A stretch of DNA of 63,476 nucleotides, filler included, from an uncultured bacterium (lineage in GTDB: Bacteria; Latescibacterota; UBA2968): the NCBI GenBank assembly GCA_964471275.1. It is 5 parts of 5 records of this genome, joined end to end, with 100 filler letters (N's around TTAATTAATTAA, not from the genome) between each part and the next. Parts side by side here need not be neighbours in the genome. Positions count along the whole stretch, not along the records: positions 1 to 13,046 come from CAYYGZ010000133.1; 4 more parts are not named here. The stretch is one strand, 5' to 3'. Below the pieces are notes generated by a model that was given only the letters and a program-made list of their open reading frames with translations, was not told the origin of the DNA and did not search any database. Every line of letters starts with the position of its first letter. Position 1 is the first letter of the stretch. Shown here in pieces: positions 1 through 9,119 of the stretch. The position numbers were made by a program, and so were the translations under genes.

Positions 1-769
1 CATCAACTTCATCGACACGGCAAACAGCTACGGCAAAGGTCAGAGTGAAATCGCGATTGGCGAAGTTCTCAAGTCGACGGGCAATCGCGACAAGCTCATC
101 ATCGCATCGAAGGCGAGCGGTCTAAACCACAAACGACTGATGGGAGCTCCTGTTGCTGATGTCGACAGGGCCGTGCGTGAACGCCTTGAGGAAAGCCTCG
201 AGAGGCTGCAGACCAATTACGTCGACATCTACTTCTGTCCGCACGGCGCAAAGCGAACCGAGGAAGTCGCTTACCCGGCTCTGCGTGAAGTGATGGATAA
301 GCTGAAGAAGGAGGGCAAGATTCGATTCACCGCAATATCGACACATACCAACTACGCGGACGTGTCGATGGCTGCAATCGAAAGCGGCTGGTATGATATC
401 CTGATGCCGGTCATTTGCGCCCCCACAATGGACGCGAAGATCGGTGAAGCAACAAAAGCGGCATTCACCAGCGAGTCCGGAAAGCGCAAGGGGCGCCCGA
501 TACTCGACGTTCGAGAGGTCGTCAACGCTGCACACAAGGCGAACATGGGCGTCGTCTCGATGAAAGCCGCGAAAGATGCCTTTAACCCCGAGGCGATCCA
601 CGATATCATGAGAAGCGAATTCGCAAAAGACAAGGACATGAGCTTTCATCAGATCGCCTACAAGTGGGTGCTCGACCAGCCGGGAATCAGCGGCGTGAAC
701 ATTGGGATGTCGAACATTCTGCATCTGCGGGAAGCTCTCCAACTGCCAGAGCTGACCCTCCAGGGCTAG
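1..769 (+). CDS. Aldo/keto reductase, 5'-truncated by the window edge
   Basis: Frame from nt 2 reads INFIDTANSYGKGQSE...IIASK...SLERLQTNYVDIYFCPH, which carries the AKR D/Y/K/H motif positions. Confidence 0.85.
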   Translation, partial: INFIDTANSYGKGQSEIAIGEVLKSTGNRDKLIIASKASGLNHKRLMGAPVADVDRAVRERLEESLERLQTNYVDIYFCPHGAKRTEEVAYPALREVMDKLKKEGKIRFTAISTHTNYADVSMAAIESGWYDILMPVICAPTMDAKIGEATKAAFTSESGKRKGRPILDVREVVNAAHKANMGVVSMKAAKDAFNPEAIHDIMRSEFAKDKDMSFHQIAYKWVLDQPGISGVNIGMSNILHLREALQLPELTLQG

Positions 770-770
770 C

Positions 771-1826
771 ATGTTCGGAGGAAAAGAAAAGGAACGTCAC
801 TTTGACCGGACGGACGTCTCGACAACGGAGACGATCCTGTCCTGGGGCGTGCTGGGTTTGCTCGCCACGGTTGGTGTGCTCGTGGCGATCCTGGGCCGCA
901 ATGTCGACACAGATCTCTTCACCGCATCGATAGCTGGAACATCGGATGCACGTGTCGCCGAATCTGTTGAGCCGACGACGGCGCCCGCGATCGCTACTTC
1001 TAAGCAGCAATCTGCGGGAGGAATCGCGCTGGACGGCATTGCCCCTGCAAGCTGGTCACAATACGGCACGACTGAATTCTTCACGGCGGATACCCTCTAC
1101 GAGAAGATCAACGGTCGAGCCGAACAGTATCTCGCTTACGAGGTCGCCACGCTTGAATGCGCAAGCTTCGCGAACGACAGCGGCCAATACGTCGACGTCT
1201 ACCTCTACACCATGCAGTCTGCGCTCAACGCGTTCGGCATCTATTCTGTCGAACGATCCCCGGACGGTGTGTCCCTGTCGATTGCAGACCGAAGCTATCG
1301 CTCGGGGACCGGTATCTTCCTCTGGCAGGGCGACCACTACGCTCAAATCATCGGATCGGATGGAACGGCTACAGTCAGCAAGACGGTAGACGACATCGCG
1401 ACCCGGATAGCCGGCGACCTGGCACCCGCATCGGTACCACCGTGGGGATTGGCTCTGCTGCCGAAAGCTGGCATGGTGACTGGATCCACCCAATTCTACA
1501 GGAAGGACGCGCTCGGGCTCGACTACCTGCCAGAGACATTTCTTGCCCGGTATGCGGCCGCGGAGGAACCTGTAACACTCTTCATATCACGAGCAGAAAA
1601 CGAGACGAACGCGGGTGCGGTCCTCGACAGCTACAGGGAATACGCTGAGATGTTCGGACAGGCCCCGGAAGAGACGGATCGCATCTGGGTTTGTGACCTC
1701 GGCGGGGTATTCGATGCGGTCTTCGACCGGGGAATCTACATCGGCGGAACGACGGCTGTGCCCAACCGCAACCTTGCGATCGAGCGGGCACGCGCGCTGT
1801 TGAGCCACCTGGAGACATCACCTTGA
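771..1826 (+). CDS. Membrane-anchored DUF6599-like protein
   Basis: N-terminal TM helix; LYEKINGRAEQYLAY and NAFGIYSVER motifs; sits in a DUF362/4Fe-4S operon. Confidence 0.65.
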   Translation: MFGGKEKERHFDRTDVSTTETILSWGVLGLLATVGVLVAILGRNVDTDLFTASIAGTSDARVAESVEPTTAPAIATSKQQSAGGIALDGIAPASWSQYGTTEFFTADTLYEKINGRAEQYLAYEVATLECASFANDSGQYVDVYLYTMQSALNAFGIYSVERSPDGVSLSIADRSYRSGTGIFLWQGDHYAQIIGSDGTATVSKTVDDIATRIAGDLAPASVPPWGLALLPKAGMVTGSTQFYRKDALGLDYLPETFLARYAAAEEPVTLFISRAENETNAGAVLDSYREYAEMFGQAPEETDRIWVCDLGGVFDAVFDRGIYIGGTTAVPNRNLAIERARALLSHLETSP

Positions 1827-2800
1827 AGCGGCGTGATTTCATCAAACGTCTTGGGATGACCGGCGCGGCCGCCGTAGGCGCCACTGCCGGGGCTTACTGG
1901 CTTCACGACCGGCGAGCAGGCGATACCTACTTTGCCGCGCAGGCGGAGCAAAGTGTCATCCGGCTTCCATCCTACACGGTCGATCGAGGACCCACGGCCG
2001 TTGATCTCTCCATCTCCCACAGCGCGGATCCGGATGCAGCCGTCCGTGCCGCACTCGGTGCGCTGGGCGGCATTGAGTCCTTCGTCGCTCGCGGCGATCG
2101 CGTGTTGCTCAAACCAAACGTCGCATTCGACCGTCCACCCATCCTTGGCGCAACCACCAACCCCGCCGTATTGGCGGCTGCGATTGATCTGTGCAAATCG
2201 GCAGGCGCCTCCGAGATCCTCATCGCCGACAACCCGATCAACCAGCCCGAAGGCTGCTTCTTCAAATCGGGTATCAAACAGGTTTCGGATGCGGCCGGTG
2301 CAAGGTTGATCCTGCCTCGACCCAGCACCTTCGAGGCTGTGCGGATCGAGGGCGACGTCCTCGGCACCTGGCCAGTCTTCTACAACCCGCTCCAGGCGGC
2401 GGACAAAGTCATCGGCATCTCTCCGTGCAAGGATCACAACCTGTGCGGCGGATCGATGACCATGAAGAATTGGTATGGCATGCTCGGAGGGCGCCGGAAC
2501 CAGTTCCACCAACAGATCCATGGAATCATCAGCGACTTCCCTCACCTCATCAAGCCGACACTCGTTTTGCTGGACGCGACACGAGTACTCATGCGAAACG
2601 GTCCGACAGGCGGAAGCGTCTCCGACGTCAAACCAGCCAACACGATTGTCGCCGGAACAGACATGGTCGCCGTTGACACCTTCGGATACGGGATACTCGA
2701 ACGCGATCCGGCCGATCTGGAGTACCTCCACCTGGCCGCAAAGCGGGGTCTTGGCACAACAGACTGGAAGAGCCTGAACTGGCGAGAGGTGCAGGCTTGA
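1823..2800 (+). CDS. Tat-exported DUF362 family protein (putative Fe-S)
   Basis: KRRDFIK twin-arginine signal; VLLKPN, TTNP, KDH, MKNWYG and DMVAVD motifs; 4-bp overlap with the upstream gene. Confidence 0.85.
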   Translation: MKRRDFIKRLGMTGAAAVGATAGAYWLHDRRAGDTYFAAQAEQSVIRLPSYTVDRGPTAVDLSISHSADPDAAVRAALGALGGIESFVARGDRVLLKPNVAFDRPPILGATTNPAVLAAAIDLCKSAGASEILIADNPINQPEGCFFKSGIKQVSDAAGARLILPRPSTFEAVRIEGDVLGTWPVFYNPLQAADKVIGISPCKDHNLCGGSMTMKNWYGMLGGRRNQFHQQIHGIISDFPHLIKPTLVLLDATRVLMRNGPTGGSVSDVKPANTIVAGTDMVAVDTFGYGILERDPADLEYLHLAAKRGLGTTDWKSLNWREVQA

Positions 2801-4320
2801 AGCTGCGCATCACCCAGTCCCGAATCATCTCTCAGGGCTTCTTCCTCCTTCTCTTCGTCTTCTTCGGGTTCGTGACACAGTTCAGCTACCTTGAGGGCTA
2901 TCCCGTATCGCTGATCCTCGAGATCGACCCGCTTGTCGCTGTCGCAACGGCCATCACGACACATACGGTCTATCACAGCCTCATCTGGTCGCTAGTTATT
3001 CTGCTGCCGACACTGGTACTCGGCCGTGTCTTCTGTAATTGGATCTGCCCATTCGGGACCCTCCACCAGATAATCGGCTGGGTATTCAACAACCAGGAAA
3101 TCCAGGAACGGGTGGAGAGTCACCGATACCAAAGGCATTTCCGGCTGAAGTATATCCTGCTCATCGGTGTCCTTGGTGCTGCCGTCCTCGGCAGCTTGCA
3201 GATCGGTCTGCTGGATCCGATCGCGCTGCTCAGCCGCTCGATGACCATTAGTGTCTGGCCCGTTGTTGACGATATCACCGAACAGATCTACGTTCGCCCG
3301 CACGTGCATCAGCTGACGTGGGTGGTCGGCGGTTTCCTCCTGTTCTTCGTCGGCATGAACCTGGTACGCCCTCGGTTCTTCTGCCGTGTCCTGTGCCCTC
3401 TGGGCGCATTCCTCGGATTCCTCTCGAAGTTCGCCATCTGGCGGATCGAGCGCGATCCCGTAAAGTGTGTCGACTGCGACCTCTGTCTCCAGAACTGCCA
3501 GGGCGCATCAGATCCGCACACAAACCTTCGCAAGTCCGAGTGCTTCGTCTGCTTCAACTGCATCGACGACTGCCCGCACGATGCGCTCAGTTTCAGTATC
3601 CTGCCATCCGGAAATCATGAAGTCAGTTCACCGGATATCGGTCGTCGCGAAACCATCGCCGCCGCAATAACCGGCCTCCTCTTAGTACCTTTCTCGAGGC
3701 GCAGCGGCGATCTGGGCAAGAACTTCAGCAAAGCGGCTATCCGACCGCCGGGATCTGTCGAGGAAAGCGACTTCCTCTCGCGATGCATCAAGTGCGACCA
3801 GTGTCTCCGCGTGTGCCCGACAAACGTGCTCCAGCCCGCTCTGTTAGAAACCGGTATCGAGGGCATTTGGACGCCAGTAATGAACATGCGGATGGGATAC
3901 TGTGAATTGAACTGCACGCTTTGCGGTCACGTCTGCCCGACAGGCGCGATCCAGAAGGTGTCGATCCCGCAGAAACTGGGTGCCGAGGAATTTACAGAGG
4001 CAGGCCCCATCCGCACCGGAACGGCATTCTACGATCGGGGACGATGTCTTCCGTGGGCGATGGACACACCGTGTGTCGTCTGCGAGGAAGTTTGCCCGAC
4101 GTCACCGAAGGCGATCTACACACGACGCGTCGAAACAACCGATCGATGGGGGCAGAAGATTGTCCTCGATCGGCCCTATGTGGACACAAGTCTGTGCATC
4201 GGGTGTGGAATCTGTGAGCACGAATGCCCGGTAAAGGATCACCGGGCAATCCGCGTGACCGCGGTGGGTGAAACACGATCACAGGAGCGATCGCTCATGC
4301 TGAACCAAAGGAAGACTTGA
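2797..4320 (+). CDS. Membrane polyferredoxin (NapH/MauN-like part plus NapG/MauM-like 4Fe-4S domain)
   Basis: GRVFCNWICPFG and RFFCRVLCPLG motifs; several CxxCxxCxxxCP motifs; RPPGS motif. Confidence 0.85.
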   Translation: MKLRITQSRIISQGFFLLLFVFFGFVTQFSYLEGYPVSLILEIDPLVAVATAITTHTVYHSLIWSLVILLPTLVLGRVFCNWICPFGTLHQIIGWVFNNQEIQERVESHRYQRHFRLKYILLIGVLGAAVLGSLQIGLLDPIALLSRSMTISVWPVVDDITEQIYVRPHVHQLTWVVGGFLLFFVGMNLVRPRFFCRVLCPLGAFLGFLSKFAIWRIERDPVKCVDCDLCLQNCQGASDPHTNLRKSECFVCFNCIDDCPHDALSFSILPSGNHEVSSPDIGRRETIAAAITGLLLVPFSRRSGDLGKNFSKAAIRPPGSVEESDFLSRCIKCDQCLRVCPTNVLQPALLETGIEGIWTPVMNMRMGYCELNCTLCGHVCPTGAIQKVSIPQKLGAEEFTEAGPIRTGTAFYDRGRCLPWAMDTPCVVCEEVCPTSPKAIYTRRVETTDRWGQKIVLDRPYVDTSLCIGCGICEHECPVKDHRAIRVTAVGETRSQERSLMLNQRKT

Positions 4321-4321
4321 G

Positions 4322-4531
4322 ATGGCCGACTCGACGGCAAAGCGGACCTGTCGTGTCTGTGGGCGCACCTATGACTACCCGGAGCCGGGCAGCCTCGCAA
4401 CACGCACGGCTTGCGAATCCTGCGTCTCAATCCCGAAGGACGTGCGTCGTGCCCTCTCCACCATGCGAAGCCGCATCGATCGTATGAGTCGGGAGATCGA
4501 GCGTCTCAAGAGCGATCGTCCTGCATCGTGA
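4322..4531 (+). CDS. Small putative zinc-binding coiled-coil protein
   Basis: CRVC...CESC followed by a heptad helix; starts 1 nt after the previous stop. Confidence 0.55.
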   Translation: MADSTAKRTCRVCGRTYDYPEPGSLATRTACESCVSIPKDVRRALSTMRSRIDRMSREIERLKSDRPAS

Positions 4532-4549
4532 TGAGGCGTAACTGAGCAG

Positions 4550-4702
4550 TCAGGCGTCCGTCCCTTGCTGCTGCAGCATCGTGATGATGTCCACCTGTTC
4601 GTCGATCGAAACAACCTCACTGTTCAGAACGACGTGATACAATTCGGGATTCCTCACGTCCATTCCCAGATACTTGCGAACAAGCTCCTCCCAGGACAGC
4701 CC
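4550..4702 (-). pseudogene. Fragment resembling the C-terminus of cytidylate-kinase-like proteins
   Basis: Translates GLSWEELVRKYLGMDVRNPELYHVVLNSEVVSIDEQVDIITML; no N-terminal domain. Confidence 0.4.
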
Positions 4703-4867
4703 TCATTTCTTTTTCGGGCTGTGACCGCTCGGTCTGCTGGCTCCCCTCGCTGACATCTTCTGCATCGTCGGGTGGCGGTTTTCTGTTTCCCGTTTTGGGA
4801 CAAACACCTCGTTCTTCCTGCCCTTCTTGGGCATTCCGGACTTTCTCGGTTTGCTCTTCTTGCTCAT
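4703..4867 (-). CDS. Small highly basic protein (54 aa)
   Basis: GGAGGT RBS before ATG; MSKKSKPRKSGMPKKGRK...SPKKK*; below the ORF-track size cutoff. Confidence 0.5.
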   Translation of the reverse strand: MSKKSKPRKSGMPKKGRKNEVFVPKRETENRHPTMQKMSARGASRPSGHSPKKK

Positions 4868-4934
4868 GGCCACCTCCAGTTTTACAGGTCTATGGGGCCT
4901 ATCTGAGACAACACCGACGGCGCAATAGATTCGT

Positions 4935-6872
4935 CTAGATCCGCTCCTCTCGCTGCTTGTGGTGCCTCAGGATGGTATTCGTGATTCCTTCCGGGGACAG
5001 ACCGACCTCTTCGAGCAGCAGCTCCCTGGGCCCGTGTTCCACGAATCGATCCGGAATCCCCAAGTTGACGATACGTTGTCCCGAACGCAGTCGGTCTGCA
5101 AGGTGGGACGCGACACAGGCCCCGAACCCACCCTCGACTGCGTTCTCTTCGATCGTCACGATCAGATCATATGTCTCCGCGATGCGCTCGAGAACACCCA
5201 GATCCATGGGTTTGACGAACCGGGCATTCACGACCTTGGGCTCACAGCCGTTCTTTCGGAGAGCCTCACATCCCTGCAAAGCAGCTTCGACCATCGTGCC
5301 CGTCGCCAAGATTGCGACATCCGTCCCATCGACGAGCGTTTCCCACGATCCGATCGGAATCGTCTCCGGGGAGCGATCCTCGGTCACGGGTCGAGGCACA
5401 CTGCCGCGGGGATACCGAATCGCAAACGGCTTCTCATCCTGCTGGATGGCGGTATAGAGCAGATCCCTGAGCTCATCCCCGTCCTTCGGTGCGGTAATGA
5501 TCATATTCGGTACGCACATCAAGTATGAGAGATCTATCGCGCCGTGGTGCGTCGGTCCATCTTCACCGACCAGCCCTGCCCGATCCAGACAGAACGTTAC
5601 CGGAATCGACTGGAGCGCAACATCGTGTACGATTTGATCATACGCTCGCTGTAGGAACGTCGAGTAGATCGCAACAACGGGGCGCCCGCCCTCGAGCGCC
5701 ATCCCGGCCGCGAAGGTGACGGCGTGCTGCTCCGCAATCCCAACATCGAAGGTCCGATCCGGAAATGCCGCTGAGAATCCCATCAGTCCCGTACCTTCGA
5801 TCATCGCCGCTGTGACTGCGCTGACTCGGCTATCGTCTTCTGCGATCTCCTGAAGTGCCGGTCCGAAAACATCCTGATACCGCGGCAGCGATGGTGCGCT
5901 CGACTTCGGTTTAGGTGGACTCAACGCGTGATACTTCGTCGAATCGGCGCTATACGGGTCTTCCTCTTCCTCCGAAATCGCGCCCTTCCCCTTGATCGTA
6001 TGGACGTGAAGCAGCGTTGGCCCCGGCAGGTCCTTGAGATTTCGCAGGGTCGTAACCAAGGCGGTCAAATCGTGACCGTCGATCGGACCGAAATACCGGA
6101 AGCCCATCTCTTCGAACACGACACCTGGGACCAGCATCCCCTTAAGACCCTCCTCGAACCCGCCCATCGCTCTCTGGAGATTCTCGCCGATCATTGGAAC
6201 CGTGCCAGTCAGGTTCCAGATCCCTTCCTTCACGGCCTTGAAGAACGTGTCGTCCGTAATCCGTTGACGAATCCGGTTATACGTCGGATCCGAAATGATG
6301 CGCGTCAGGTAGTGCGACAACCCGCCCACATTGGGAGAGATGGACATCCGGTTGTCGTTCAGAACAACCAGGATGTCATGGTCGGACGCGCCAGCGTTAT
6401 TCAGACCTTCCAGCGCGATTCCGCTGGTCAGGGCGCCGTCACCGATCACGGCGATCGCTTTACGTTTTCCACCCAGGATATCGCGCATCGCCGCAAATCC
6501 CATGGCTGCCGATATCGATGTGCCGGCGTGACCGACGCCAAAGGTATCGTAGGGGCTCTCCGACCGTTTGGGGAATCCACTGATGCCGTCAGCTTGCCGA
6601 ATCTTCTTGAGCGCATCTCGCCGACCGGTCAGCACCTTATGTCCATAGGTCTGATGGCCGACATCCCATACGATGCGATCCTCAGGCGTATCGTAAACGG
6701 CGTGAAGGGCAACCGTCAGCTCATTCGCACCGAGACTCGACCCGAAATGACCGCCGATCGATGTCACGACTTCGATGATGTAGGCACGCAGTTCGTCCGC
6801 CACCTGCTCCAGTTCGGGTAGACTGAGCTTCCTGAGATCCGCGGGAGATTCGATCGATTCCAACAACGACAT
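4935..6872 (-). CDS. dxs: 1-deoxy-D-xylulose-5-phosphate synthase
   Basis: GGHFGSSLG, WDVGHQ, GDGA...LNDN, GIAEQHA and DRAGLVGEDGPTH motifs; start placed at MSLLESI. Confidence 0.97.
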   Translation of the reverse strand: MSLLESIESPADLRKLSLPELEQVADELRAYIIEVVTSIGGHFGSSLGANELTVALHAVYDTPEDRIVWDVGHQTYGHKVLTGRRDALKKIRQADGISGFPKRSESPYDTFGVGHAGTSISAAMGFAAMRDILGGKRKAIAVIGDGALTSGIALEGLNNAGASDHDILVVLNDNRMSISPNVGGLSHYLTRIISDPTYNRIRQRITDDTFFKAVKEGIWNLTGTVPMIGENLQRAMGGFEEGLKGMLVPGVVFEEMGFRYFGPIDGHDLTALVTTLRNLKDLPGPTLLHVHTIKGKGAISEEEEDPYSADSTKYHALSPPKPKSSAPSLPRYQDVFGPALQEIAEDDSRVSAVTAAMIEGTGLMGFSAAFPDRTFDVGIAEQHAVTFAAGMALEGGRPVVAIYSTFLQRAYDQIVHDVALQSIPVTFCLDRAGLVGEDGPTHHGAIDLSYLMCVPNMIITAPKDGDELRDLLYTAIQQDEKPFAIRYPRGSVPRPVTEDRSPETIPIGSWETLVDGTDVAILATGTMVEAALQGCEALRKNGCEPKVVNARFVKPMDLGVLERIAETYDLIVTIEENAVEGGFGACVASHLADRLRSGQRIVNLGIPDRFVEHGPRELLLEEVGLSPEGITNTILRHHKQREERI

Positions 6873-6962
6873 GGTGGCTGTTTCCCTTGTAGAACCTTGT
6901 AGATGAACGCCAGAGAGCGGCAAGGATACACTCTAAAGTAGAGAAGTCATCGCAGATACGGC

Positions 6963-7030
6963 AAAAAAAATGTACCCGTGAGTTGAGAAGCCGCTGAGAC
7001 TCGAATTAAGGGTCGTCCTGACGGGATACC
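6963..7030 (-). terminator. Hairpin plus T8 tract upstream of dxs (terminator- or attenuator-like)
   Basis: Minus strand GTATCCCGT...ACGGGTAC stem followed by ATTTTTTTT. Confidence 0.4.
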
Positions 7031-7090
7031 CGCATGGACGCACAACATTCACGGCAGAGAGCGACGGCGCTGGTATAAGGTGTGGGGCAG

Positions 7091-7131
7091 GAGCGTCAGG
7101 CCTGCAGCGCAGGAGGACAGGCCTGACGCTC
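7091..7131. repeat. Perfect 14-bp inverted repeat
   Basis: GAGCGTCAGGCCTG (7091-7104) pairs with CAGGCCTGACGCTC (7118-7131); 13-nt loop. Confidence 0.9.
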
Positions 7132-7283
7132 GGGGTATCTCTCCAATGATTGCTCGAAAGTACGGGTCGTTCGGGACCTGACGGCTAGCACCTCTGTCGG
7201 ACACCCCCACACGTCGGGCAACGGGGTCCACCTGTCATCTACTGGATTTCCGATCCAAATCAGGAGCGGCGGATTCTTCACCA
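7132..7283 (-). ncRNA. Putative structured RNA, rod with central bubble (6S-like)
   Basis: CUCC-UGAUU..UCGGAA pairs with UUUCGA..AAUCA..GGAG; inner UGACAGGUGGACC pairs with GGUGCUAGCCGUCA; G-U pairs favour the minus strand. Confidence 0.45.
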
Positions 7284-7323
7284 AAGGCGGGGGGCACGCT
7301 CAAATTCTTTTTGGTGGTCAGGC

Positions 7324-7329
7324 TGTCAA
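7324..7329 (-). promoter_or_regulatory. Sigma70 -35 element
   Basis: Perfect TTGACA upstream of the putative RNA; the -10 is weak (GAATTT or AAGAAT). Confidence 0.35.
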
Positions 7330-7793
7330 GACATACGATCGTGGGCTGCTTGTTGCGGTCTTTGATGGGTCTGGAAGGATGGAGAGCAGACAGTTCAAAT
7401 CACTCGATTCTGCCTTCCAACGGATCAGCTCGAGGATTTCTTGATCGCCATTCCGAAATCATCAGCCGTCGCCATCGCCACGCGTCAGATCACGTCGCTC
7501 TCAGGTACGCCAATCGGGAAAGCCCTCAAATGGCTCGGACTGCCTGAGACAATGAAGCTGAACGCGCTCAACAGCTTCGCCCTCCTTGCGGGCAAAGACG
7601 GGCGCGTGCCCATCCTCGATACGGGGGCGGCGCCAGCTCAAATCGGAACACGCGAGGCGCTGAGGTCGTGCGATGCATCGGTGGGGCTTGTGAGGGTAGA
7701 AATGGTCCAGCGATGAAGAACGGACCGGATTGATCGAGGAACCGGCCCGGTAGGCGGGAATCTGAATCGTGCCGTCTGCCCAGGACGGTCGGG

Positions 7794-8147
7794 CTATCCC
7801 AGGACGCGTGCGATCGCCTCATCCAGATCGTGGAGTCCGACGGGCTTGTCGATCAGTCCTGCCACACCCATCTGCTCGTAGGTCTCTCGATTCTCCGGAC
7901 GAAAATCACCGCTCATCACGAGGATTGGAATGTTCGCGTTCATCTCCCTGAGCGCCCCGATCAGTCTCGCTGCCGGAGTTGGCATATTGCTGTCGGCCAG
8001 GATCAGGTCAATGCGCTCGAATCGTCCTTCCGCATCGAGCGCCGGTTCTGAATCCTCGTAGACCACGACCTCGTGATCTCGAAATGGCAGCAGCCGAGCG
8101 ATCGCCTGGCGTGTCACCAGGTCATCATCAATCACGCAGATCCGCAT
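7794..8147 (-). CDS. Single-domain response regulator (CheY-like receiver)
   Basis: VIDDD, ILADSNMP (phospho-Asp), MSG and DKP motifs. Confidence 0.85.
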   Translation of the reverse strand: MRICVIDDDLVTRQAIARLLPFRDHEVVVYEDSEPALDAEGRFERIDLILADSNMPTPAARLIGALREMNANIPILVMSGDFRPENRETYEQMGVAGLIDKPVGLHDLDEAIARVLG

Positions 8148-8160
8148 CGATCGCTCCTCT

Positions 8161-9012
8161 TCAGCTGAATTGGATCAACCGACAGCCACCTGTGAAGCCG
8201 GGTGCCGTCACATACTGGTTTGCCCGATCGTTTACCGGATCGATGCGGGCCTGGTGAATGTGACCACACAGGATGCCAAGCAGATTGCGGGTCGCAGTCA
8301 CGCGAGAGAGAAACGCCTCCGTGCAAACGTCATTGCCGCTGGCGGACCATCTGTCGCGTCTCTCGATTTCCCAGTTACCGTCCGTATCGGCCCCCCAGCA
8401 GGGATCGCCGCAAAGGGGTTCTCCGGGTCGAGCCACGCGCAAAGCTTCCACGCTCAGCGGGATATGGACCAGCAGGACGGTTGGATTCCCATCGGCAGTC
8501 TGCGTTTCGTAGAAGGCAAGTTGCCGCTCGTCGATCTGATATGTCGAATTGTCGATCAGCACAAAGCGTAGACCGTTGATCGTAACGGCTGCACAATGCG
8601 GGTCGTGTCCCGAGTATAGAGACGCGAGCTCCCGTCGCCACCGCTCTCGAAGGTCGCGCGAACTGCCTGGCATCCCTTCGTAATGCCAATCGTGGTTCCC
8701 GGCCGTAAACACCCAGGGCACACCTGTATCCTCAAGCATCCGTGTCAGCAGATTGATGCCTTCTGGCCCGGGGTAGTTGACTGCGTCGCCGGTCAGTGCA
8801 ATCAGATCTACGGCGTGATCCACTGCCACCGTCATCAGGTTCTCGAATGCACCGAGCCGGTCGTAATCCGTATACGCATTGTGCATACGCCGACTGAAAG
8901 CCGCATATGCGCCGCCCTCATCGCCGGGCACGCTCACGTGACAATCCGTGAGGTGCATAACCCGCAAATCGGTCTGTGCGCCATCGACGTGCACTTCATC
9001 CGGATCTACCAA
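8161..9012 (-). CDS. Calcineurin-like metallophosphoesterase
   Basis: DCH, GD, GNHD, VH and GHIH motifs. Confidence 0.85.
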   Translation of the reverse strand: MVDPDEVHVDGAQTDLRVMHLTDCHVSVPGDEGGAYAAFSRRMHNAYTDYDRLGAFENLMTVAVDHAVDLIALTGDAVNYPGPEGINLLTRMLEDTGVPWVFTAGNHDWHYEGMPGSSRDLRERWRRELASLYSGHDPHCAAVTINGLRFVLIDNSTYQIDERQLAFYETQTADGNPTVLLVHIPLSVEALRVARPGEPLCGDPCWGADTDGNWEIERRDRWSASGNDVCTEAFLSRVTATRNLLGILCGHIHQARIDPVNDRANQYVTAPGFTGGCRLIQFS

Positions 9013-9119
9013 AACGGCTCCTCCAATAGAATCTTGTCAGGACAGGCTGGTCCGCACATCTCCTGTACCTTAGTTTAGAAGCTCTTGCATAATGTAGGCG
9101 GCCGGAAGGAGAAGACATA

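Noticed and set aside
6990..7040. TPP riboswitch-like GCTGAGA...CCTGA near dxs
   Set aside because: Wrong strand for dxs, and the rest of the TPP consensus is missing
7165..7190. SRP RNA (GTCAGGTCC on the minus strand)
   Set aside because: Lacks the GGAAGGAAGCAGC helix-8 signature
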